From: Nitrospirota bacterium
GTDB lineage: Bacteria; JACPQY01
Reading direction: 5' to 3'
Assembly (NCBI GenBank): GCA_016180645.1
Contig: JACPAV010000005.1
Location: 62,001 to 126,000 of the forward strand
DNA length: 64,000 bases
In this document: positions 57,319 through 64,000 of the stretch, one piece after another
How the letters are laid out: every line of letters begins with the position of its first letter
How positions within the stretch are numbered: position 1 is the stretch's first letter
Translations under genes and position numbers: made by a program
The notes under the pieces: model-generated
The model's input: only the letters and a program-made list of their open reading frames with translations
Told to the model about the DNA's origin: nothing
Database searches by the model: none

Positions 57319-58576
57319 TTTCAAAGCCTATCACGTCAAAGACGCCTCGCTCGCCGCCCGTGGGCGCGACCGCACGGAATGGGCGAAGAAAAGCATGCCC
57401 GTTCTCAGCCAGATCGAATCGGATTTCCACCGTCAGAAGCCTCTCAAGGGCCGCCGGGTATCGGCCTGCCTGCACGTCACCACCGAAACCGCGGTCCTCA
57501 TGCAGACTCTGAAGGCCGGTGGAGCGGACGTGGCGCTCTGCGCCTCCAATCCCCTTTCCACACAAGACGACACCGCGGCATACCTGGCCAAGGGGCTCGG
57601 CATCCGCGTTTATGCCATCAAGGGTGAGAATCGGAAGACGTACTACGACCATCTTCGAAGGGCCGTGGATCACAAGCCCGAAATGACCATGGACGACGGC
57701 GCCGACCTTGTTTCGATGATCCATTCCAAGAACGGCGAAAACGAGGAAGTGATCGGCGGCACGGAAGAGACCACCACCGGCGTGATCCGCCTCCGCAGCA
57801 TGGCGCAGAGCGGCGTTCTCCGCTATCCCATCATCGCCGTGAATGACGCGAATACGAAACACCTTTTTGACAACCGTTACGGGACCGGCCAAAGCACGCT
57901 GGACGGCATCATTCGCGCCACGAACCGTCTCCTCGCCGGAGCCACGTTCGTCGTTGCCGGTTACGGCCTCTGCGGCCGAGGCGTGGCGATGCGCGCGCGC
58001 GGCCTCGGCGCGAATGTGGTGGTCACCGAAGTAAGCCCCCTCATGGCCCTTGAGGCTGTGATGGACGGCTTCCGCGTGATGTCGATGGGCCGGGCGGCCA
58101 AGGAAGGCGATTTCTTCTGCACCGTCACCGGAAACACTCACGTGCTTCGGCAGGAGCATTTCCAAGCCATGAAGGACGGCGCGATTCTTGCCAACTCCGG
58201 GCACTTCAATGTCGAGATCGACATCCCCGCCCTTGAAAAGCTGTCGAAGTCCACCCGGACGATCCGTGACTACGTCGTGGAATACACGCTGCGCAACGGC
58301 CGGAGGCTCTACCTGCTCGCCGAAGGCCGGCTCGTCAACCTGGCGGCAGCCGAAGGTCACCCCTCCAGCGTGATGGACATGAGTTTCGCCAACCAGGCGC
58401 TGAGCGCGCGCTATATGGCTGAACACGCAGAGGAACTGGCGCCCGAGGTGATCCGTGTTCCGGAAGAAATCGACTCCGAGATCGCCCGGCTGAAGCTGAA
58501 ATCGCTCGGGGTGAACATCGATGGACTGACTCCGGAACAGAAGAAATACCTCTCCAGCTGGGAAGAAGGAACGTAA
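57311..58576 (+). CDS. ahcY: Adenosylhomocysteinase
   Basis: [24 protein letters not shown] and GRLVNL..AEGHP. Confidence 0.97.
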   Translation: MHSFKAYHVKDASLAARGRDRTEWAKKSMPVLSQIESDFHRQKPLKGRRVSACLHVTTETAVLMQTLKAGGADVALCASNPLSTQDDTAAYLAKGLGIRVYAIKGENRKTYYDHLRRAVDHKPEMTMDDGADLVSMIHSKNGENEEVIGGTEETTTGVIRLRSMAQSGVLRYPIIAVNDANTKHLFDNRYGTGQSTLDGIIRATNRLLAGATFVVAGYGLCGRGVAMRARGLGANVVVTEVSPLMALEAVMDGFRVMSMGRAAKEGDFFCTVTGNTHVLRQEHFQAMKDGAILANSGHFNVEIDIPALEKLSKSTRTIRDYVVEYTLRNGRRLYLLAEGRLVNLAAAEGHPSSVMDMSFANQALSARYMAEHAEELAPEVIRVPEEIDSEIARLKLKSLGVNIDGLTPEQKKYLSSWEEGT

Positions 58577-58619
58577 CCTCTCTCTTGCGGATTCGCAACG
58601 TTCGGGGCATCCTCAACCG

Positions 58620-59654
58620 ATGATCCGGATCGGCCTGATCGGGTACGGCGAGTGGGGCCCCAATCACTTCCGCCACTTTTCCACGCTCCCCGGCTCGCGC
58701 GTCGTCTGTGTGTGTGATCTGAACGCCACCCGCCTCGAATCCCTGCGCCCCACGCATCCGGACCTTGAACTTGTGAGCGACGCGGACGCCGTCCTGGGCC
58801 GGAAGGACATCGACGCCGTTGTCATCGCCACCCCAGCCACCACCCACTTCCAGCTCGTGAAGGCGGCGCTAGAAAGCGGGAAGGACGTCCTCTGCGAAAA
58901 ACCCCTCACGCTGAAGTCCTCCGAATCCGACCTGCTCCATGAGATGGCCCAGCGCACGAAACGGATCCTCATGGTCGGACATGTGTTTCTCTTCAATGCC
59001 GGAATTCGCAGGTTGAAGGAGTATCTGGACCGCCACGCGCTCGGCACTCTCCATTACATCTACTCGTCCCGCCTCAATCTGGGCCCTGTCCGGCAGGATG
59101 TGGATGTGATCTGGGATCTCGCTTCCCACGACGTTTCGATCATGAACTACCTTCTCCAAGCGGAGCCCGAGGAGGTGTCGGCGAATAGTGGATTTTTCCT
59201 CCAGCGCCCGATCAGCGACGTGGCGTTCATCTCTCTCCGATATCCCAAAAACGTGCTGGTCAACCTCCACGTCAGTTGGATTGATCCCGTCAAACTACGT
59301 CAGATCACCGTCGTCGGCAGCAGCAAGATGATCGTATGGAACGACCTGAGCCCGATCGAGCCGATCCGCATTTACGACAAAGGGATCGTCCACGAGCCCC
59401 GATACAGCAACTTCGGCGAGTTTCATTACCTCACCCGCGAGGGAGACATCCAAATCCCGCGAATCGACCTCGTGGAACCCCTCCGGGCGCAGGACACCGC
59501 CTTCCTCGAATGCGTGAAACAGCAGAAACAACCGCTCTCTGACGGAGCATTCTCCGTTCGGGTCGTCCGCACGCTCGAACGCATTTCGGAAGCGCTGTCG
59601 ACCCCCCACACTTTCGCACCCGCTCCGCCGGCCCGCCTCCAATCCGCCGGCTGA
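58620..59654 (+). CDS. Gfo/Idh/MocA family oxidoreductase
   Basis: IGYGEWG, CEKP and WDLASHD. Confidence 0.92.
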   Translation: MIRIGLIGYGEWGPNHFRHFSTLPGSRVVCVCDLNATRLESLRPTHPDLELVSDADAVLGRKDIDAVVIATPATTHFQLVKAALESGKDVLCEKPLTLKSSESDLLHEMAQRTKRILMVGHVFLFNAGIRRLKEYLDRHALGTLHYIYSSRLNLGPVRQDVDVIWDLASHDVSIMNYLLQAEPEEVSANSGFFLQRPISDVAFISLRYPKNVLVNLHVSWIDPVKLRQITVVGSSKMIVWNDLSPIEPIRIYDKGIVHEPRYSNFGEFHYLTREGDIQIPRIDLVEPLRAQDTAFLECVKQQKQPLSDGAFSVRVVRTLERISEALSTPHTFAPAPPARLQSAG

Positions 59655-59673
59655 CCGGTCCAGACCCGAGCCG

Positions 59674-60381
59674 GTGGAAATCCTGGTCCTCGTTCCCGCC
59701 TACAACGAAGAAGGCAAGGTGGGCTCGGTCGTCTCCGACGTGAAGAAGCACACCCCATACAACGTGGTTGTAGTGGACGACGGTTCAACCGACCGAACCG
59801 CCGCGGAAGCCCGCTCGGCCGGCGCGGAAATCGTCCAACACGGCGTCAACCGGGGCGTGGGGGCCGCCCTCCGAACGGGGTTCGGGTTTGCCCTCAAGAA
59901 CGGATACGAGGCGGTTGTCGTCATGGGTGCCGATGCGCAGGACCACGCCGAAGAGATTCCCCGCTTGCTGCTTCCGATGGAATCGGACGGCTGCGATTTC
60001 GTTCAGGGTTCTCGCCGCCTCGGCGGACTCCGCGCTGTCAACATCACCCTCTTCAGGCGCGTGACCACGTGGGTGTATTCCGCGTTGTTCGGCCTGATCA
60101 CCGGATTCCGGCTCACGGACGGAACGAACGGATTCCGGGCCTTCCGAACCCGCATCCTGAAGGATCCACGGTTGGACCTTTCCCAGCCCTGGCTGGATCG
60201 GTATGAACTCGAGCCCTATCTCATGTACCGCGCAATCAAACTTGGATACAAGCTCACGGAAGCCCCGGTCACGAAGTACTATCACATGGGAGAGCTGAGC
60301 TACACGAAAATGACTCCGTTCCGGGACTGGTGGAGCATCCTGCGCCCGCTCATCTTCCTCCGTCTCGGCCTCCGCAAATAA
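59674..60381 (+). CDS. Glycosyltransferase family 2 (DPM1-like)
   Basis: PAYNEE, VDDGSTD, NRGVGAA, GSR and NGFRAF. Confidence 0.92.
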   Translation: MEILVLVPAYNEEGKVGSVVSDVKKHTPYNVVVVDDGSTDRTAAEARSAGAEIVQHGVNRGVGAALRTGFGFALKNGYEAVVVMGADAQDHAEEIPRLLLPMESDGCDFVQGSRRLGGLRAVNITLFRRVTTWVYSALFGLITGFRLTDGTNGFRAFRTRILKDPRLDLSQPWLDRYELEPYLMYRAIKLGYKLTEAPVTKYYHMGELSYTKMTPFRDWWSILRPLIFLRLGLRK

Positions 60382-60406
60382 GTGTGCGTCCGGAAACTCA
60401 CCTCCC

Positions 60407-60463
60407 GTAGGGGAGGACCTTCAGGTCCTCCCTTCTTGGGAGCAGCTAAAGCTGCTCCCCTAC
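60407..60463. repeat. REP family B doublet
   Basis: gtaggggaggaccttcaggtcctccc ... gggagcagctaaagctgctcccctac. Confidence 0.88.
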
Positions 60464-60491
60464 ACGCTCCGAAAGTAGCTTTCTCCTTCGG

Positions 60492-61757
60492 ATGATCCGC
60501 GGCCACCTCATCGTTCATCCGGTCTTGCGCCAGCGCCTCCCCGAATGGGTGCCCGCCGAGATGCCTCTCGTCGTTCCGTCAACTCTTCAACCGCCCGCCG
60601 CAGGCGCGAGCCCCGCCCTCACCTTCCGGCCTCTGGGCGCGTCTGATCCGTGGACCCTCGTGACGGAAACACCCCACGGCCCCTTCGAGGCTCGCGCGGA
60701 CTTGGGCGCCCTCATGGACTTCGTCCGATACGAACGGTACCGCCCCCCGTACCGACCCCTCTACACGCGGATTCCGCTTCCCATTCATCGCATTCCACGT
60801 CGGCTGCGCGCCACGGCGTACCGGTGGCTTTCCTCACGGTCGAAGCGCCACCCGCGCGCATCGGGCTTCACGTTCCCCGCCTGGCCCAAGGACGTGACCG
60901 TCGACACCCTGTCCCTCCTGGGGTCAATGCTGAATGTTGACAAACTCACCGGTCCAGACAAGTCAATCTTCAAGATTGACCCCGTGTGGCCGGAGGGCAA
61001 GAGCTATGCCGTGGTGCTCACGCATGACGTAGACTCCGGGTGGGCCTTCGAGCACACGGAGAATGTTGCCCCGCTTCTGAAAATCGAGTCCTCAGCCGGA
61101 GTACGGTCGGCCTGGTATTTTGTGGTCAAAACGATCCCAAGGCGTGAGATCCTGACACGGGGCTTGGAACGCGATGGCCATGAGATCGGATTTCACTGCT
61201 ACAACCACGATCATCGCTTCCCTTTTCTTTCCGAAGCCGCGATGCGCGCGCGGCTGGATCGTTGCCGTCCGTTTCTCGACCGGTTTGGCGTAAAGGGAAT
61301 GCGATCCGCAAACTACCTCAAGAGTTCCCGATTCCTCTCCATCATGGGTGAGCGATTCGAGTACGACCTATCCTTCCGCGATTCCTACCATGGCGCAGGG
61401 GGCGCTCATGGCTGCTCCACGGTGCACCCGTTTCGGATTGGGGGAGGCTCCCTCCTGGAAATCCCGACAACCATGCCGGATGACTACGACCTTTTTTCCC
61501 GCGGGCTGTCCCCCGAGGAAGCCCTGAAGATGCAAATCGAATCGATGGAGAACATCAAGATACGCGGAGGCGTGGTCAATCTGGTCACACATACGGAGCC
61601 TCATCTTTCGGTGAACAAGAAGGGGCTATGCCTGTACCAGGAAATCGTTCGATACGTTTCATCGGACCCCGCCGCCTGGATCACCCTCCCCCGCGATCTC
61701 GCCGCGTGGCGGAAAAGAGCCTCCCTGCTGGCCCCGCGTGAAACTCTGCCCACTTGA
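60492..61757 (+). CDS. Polysaccharide deacetylase-family protein
   Basis: WPEGKSYAVVLTHDVD, HEIGFHCYNH and LLEIPTT. Confidence 0.8.
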   Translation: MIRGHLIVHPVLRQRLPEWVPAEMPLVVPSTLQPPAAGASPALTFRPLGASDPWTLVTETPHGPFEARADLGALMDFVRYERYRPPYRPLYTRIPLPIHRIPRRLRATAYRWLSSRSKRHPRASGFTFPAWPKDVTVDTLSLLGSMLNVDKLTGPDKSIFKIDPVWPEGKSYAVVLTHDVDSGWAFEHTENVAPLLKIESSAGVRSAWYFVVKTIPRREILTRGLERDGHEIGFHCYNHDHRFPFLSEAAMRARLDRCRPFLDRFGVKGMRSANYLKSSRFLSIMGERFEYDLSFRDSYHGAGGAHGCSTVHPFRIGGGSLLEIPTTMPDDYDLFSRGLSPEEALKMQIESMENIKIRGGVVNLVTHTEPHLSVNKKGLCLYQEIVRYVSSDPAAWITLPRDLAAWRKRASLLAPRETLPT

Positions 61758-61810
61758 CGATTCACGATTCTCGATCCACGATCCGTATGTTGCAAGTTTC
61801 GGACCTCGAC

Positions 61811-61876
61811 GCGCGGGCTGAAGCCCGCGGCTACGAAGAGTGGGACCAGAGGTAGGCGCAGGCTTTATGCCTGCGT
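61811..61876. repeat. REP family A pair
   Basis: cgcgggctgaagcccgcggctac ... gtaggcgcaggctttatgcctgcg. Confidence 0.85.
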
Positions 61877-61986
61877 ACATTCCGCGCTGTCAGGTGAACA
61901 GTTTAGAGAAGTGCGTGACCAGCCAGGAGGGCGCGGTCGCGCACCATGGAGGACACGATGTCCTCGCGCCGTCAGGCGCACATTTT

Positions 61987-62073
61987 GGAGAGGTGCGTGA
62001 GCGGTTGAAACGGCACGCCTGGAGAGCGTGTAGGGATTAACGTCTCTCGTGGGTTCAAATCCCACCCTCTCCG
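61987..62073 (+). tRNA. tRNA-Ser(GGA), CCA not encoded
   Basis: Acceptor GGAGAGG/CCTCTCC plus G; anticodon arm CACGC-CT-GGA-GA-GCGTG; long variable arm; T arm GTGGG-TTCAAAT-CCCAC. Confidence 0.95.
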
Positions 62074-62131
62074 CATTCCATCAGTACTTACACCGGTTGA
62101 AATCCCGGCCCGAACGCGTTAAGAAGTGCGC

Positions 62132-62314
62132 ATGGAAGACGTCATCCCGACCGAACTGAAGTGCCCGTTTTGCCAAGGCATGTTTGTCATCTCCGGTCTC
62201 GCCCTCGACGAGGATCAGAGCATCTACTGCAAGTGCGGCCACTGCGGCAAGAAAGTTCAGTTCGCCAAAGTCGAACACCACGAATTGAAGTCCACTCCTA
62301 CCAAGAAGAAGTAG
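62132..62314 (+). CDS. Small zinc-ribbon-like protein
   Basis: CPFC ... CKCGHC; TTGAAA-17 nt-TAAGAA upstream. Confidence 0.6.
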   Translation: MEDVIPTELKCPFCQGMFVISGLALDEDQSIYCKCGHCGKKVQFAKVEHHELKSTPTKKK

Positions 62315-62387
62315 GTGGTGAAATTCCGATTGGATTCCGAGGCTGATTTCTTGTTGGCAATGGTGACTCAGATGATCCCCCTCCATA

Positions 62388-64000
62388 ATGGGTAGCATTC
62401 ACGGCGGACTCATCGTCGCCAAGGCCCTGAAATCTATCGGCACGGAGTGCCTGTTCACCCTCTGCGGCGGGCATATTCAGAATATCTACGACGGATGCCT
62501 CACCCTCGGAATCCGGGTCGTCGATTTTCGCCACGAACAGGCCGCGGCCCACGCCGCCGATGGATGGTCCCGCGCCACCGGGAAGCCGGGCGTGGTCGCC
62601 GTGACAGCCGGTCCGGGTGTAACCGATGCCGTTACCGGGGTGGCCAACGCCTGGCGGGCCCAAAGCCCCATGATCGTCATCGGCGGCCAGGGGCCGAAAT
62701 CCATGCAGGACAAGGGATCTCTCCAGGAGATGGACCACGTTGAACTCATGCGGTCCATTACGAAGTGGTCGGTGTCCGTTCCAGAAACACGCCGCCTCGG
62801 TGAATATGTGCTTCATGCCTACCGGGTGGCCCTCTCCGGAGTACCCGGGCCCGTCTTCCTCGAAATGCCCATCGACATCCTGATGAACTACGCCGAGGAA
62901 GCCGAGACCGGAATCCCCGATCGCCCCCCCGAAGTCCCTCCCATGGGACCCGATCCCGCTCAGGTGGAACGCGCCGCCGAGCTGATTCGGACGGCCCAGA
63001 ATCCCGTCGCCCTCATCGGAAGTCAGTTGGCCTGGTCGCGTCGCCGTGACATCGCCCCCGAATTCTGCGAGACGCTCCACATCCCCGCGTTTCTGAATGG
63101 GATGGCCCGCGGGGCCCTGCGCCCGGACCATCCCTGGTTCTTCCATCTCTGCCGCCGCCAGGCCCTGGAAAAGGCGGACGTCGTTCTGGTCTTCGGAACC
63201 CCGCTCGATTTTCGGCTGGATTATGGTCGAGTTCTCGGTGAGAAAGCAAAGATTGTTCAAGTAGACCTTGAAGGTAAGGAACTCGGTCGAAACCGTCCGC
63301 TCGACCTCGCCATACTCGGTGACACGGGGCTTGTCATGGATGGACTACTGCGCACCCTGGGCTCCCGCAAAGACGGCGCCCCGAATCACGGCTGGATCGA
63401 GTATCTCCGGCAAGCCGAGACCAAGGCCTGGGAGAAAATGAAGCCCGAGATGGAGTCGAATGACGTACCGGTGAATCCCCTCCGCTTTTCGAATGAACTG
63501 AGGAAATTTGTCGATGAAAACACCGTGCTGATCGGCGATGGAGGCGACATCGTGGGTACCGCAGCAAAGATGAATTTCCCGTACAAGATGGGGCAATGGA
63601 TGGATCCCGGCCCGCTCGGAACGCTGGGCGTCGGCCCCTCTTTCGCGATGGCCGCCAAGCTCGCGAATCCCGAAGCACGGGTCATGATCGTATACGGAGA
63701 CGGCTCATTCGGACTCAATGGATTCGAATATGAGGCTGCCATCCGCCAGAAGATTCCTTTTGTGGGCGTGATGGGCAACGATGCCGCATGGATGCAGATC
63801 CACCGCGGCCAGGAAATGATCTTCGGCGCCGATCGAACCGTGGCCACCAAGCTCGATTTCACCCGGTATGATCGGATCGTGGAGGCCATGGGAGGTCACG
63901 GAGAGTACGTCGAAAAACCGGCCGGGATCGGTCCCGCCATCGAACGATCTCTCGCCTCGGGAAAACCCGCGCTCGTGAACGTGAAAATCGGCCGCAGCGA
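62388..64000 (+). CDS. Thiamine diphosphate-dependent enzyme (acetolactate synthase/2-hydroxyacyl-CoA lyase-like); 3' end lies outside the window
   Basis: Not in the ORF track. MGSIHGG..LFTLCGGHI, RHEQAAAHAADG, TAGPG, DPGPLGTLGVG and GDGSFG...ND. Confidence 0.92.
   Translation, partial: MGSIHGGLIVAKALKSIGTECLFTLCGGHIQNIYDGCLTLGIRVVDFRHEQAAAHAADGWSRATGKPGVVAVTAGPGVTDAVTGVANAWRAQSPMIVIGGQGPKSMQDKGSLQEMDHVELMRSITKWSVSVPETRRLGEYVLHAYRVALSGVPGPVFLEMPIDILMNYAEEAETGIPDRPPEVPPMGPDPAQVERAAELIRTAQNPVALIGSQLAWSRRRDIAPEFCETLHIPAFLNGMARGALRPDHPWFFHLCRRQALEKADVVLVFGTPLDFRLDYGRVLGEKAKIVQVDLEGKELGRNRPLDLAILGDTGLVMDGLLRTLGSRKDGAPNHGWIEYLRQAETKAWEKMKPEMESNDVPVNPLRFSNELRKFVDENTVLIGDGGDIVGTAAKMNFPYKMGQWMDPGPLGTLGVGPSFAMAAKLANPEARVMIVYGDGSFGLNGFEYEAAIRQKIPFVGVMGNDAAWMQIHRGQEMIFGADRTVATKLDFTRYDRIVEAMGGHGEYVEKPAGIGPAIERSLASGKPALVNVKIGRS

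Noticed and set aside
61987-62073. tRNA-Sec
   Set aside because: The anticodon is GGA and the acceptor stem is 7 bp, consistent with tRNA-Ser.
61987-64000. Integrative element at tRNA-Ser
   Set aside because: No integrase or duplicated tRNA 3' end is visible, and the downstream genes are metabolic.

Overview
High-GC bacterial chromosomal window, mostly housekeeping genes: a chorismate mutase-HisC fusion cut by the left edge, cheB/cheR/HEAT, a RimK-AstE-PdaD-DHS cluster, selD, hflX, dnaE, lysC, tsaE, nnr, acpS, pdxJ, glmM, rdgB, murI, truA, hemB, acyl-CoA dehydrogenase and MaoC genes, DUF58/BatA/DUF4159, atoE, a ClpX-like ATPase, gcvT-H-PA-PB, a 1789-aa RCC1-repeat lipoprotein, OmpA, a TatT-TRAP transporter, metK-ahcY, glycan genes, tRNA-Ser(GGA) and a ThDP enzyme cut by the right edge. 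The most striking feature is a layered system of small repeats. A REP-associated tyrosine transposase (RAYT, 43731-44204) is flanked by GTAG-type REP doublets. The same REP family occurs IN FRAME inside protein genes (two blocks in gcvT, three in the RCC1 protein, one in an rfaE2 fusion linker). A 67-bp element has inserted twice into REP hairpins, each time with a CC duplication. A second REP family sits inside a MITE-like unit with 18-bp terminal inverted repeats, and heptamer runs also enter coding regions. Two selenoprotein genes are truncated or missed by the ORF track: SelD (CAGUAGK) and a glutaredoxin-like Uxx-star protein with two UGA codons. Many genes look leaderless, with a -10 box 6-10 nt before the start codon. 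All calls come from manual reading; no database searches were run.
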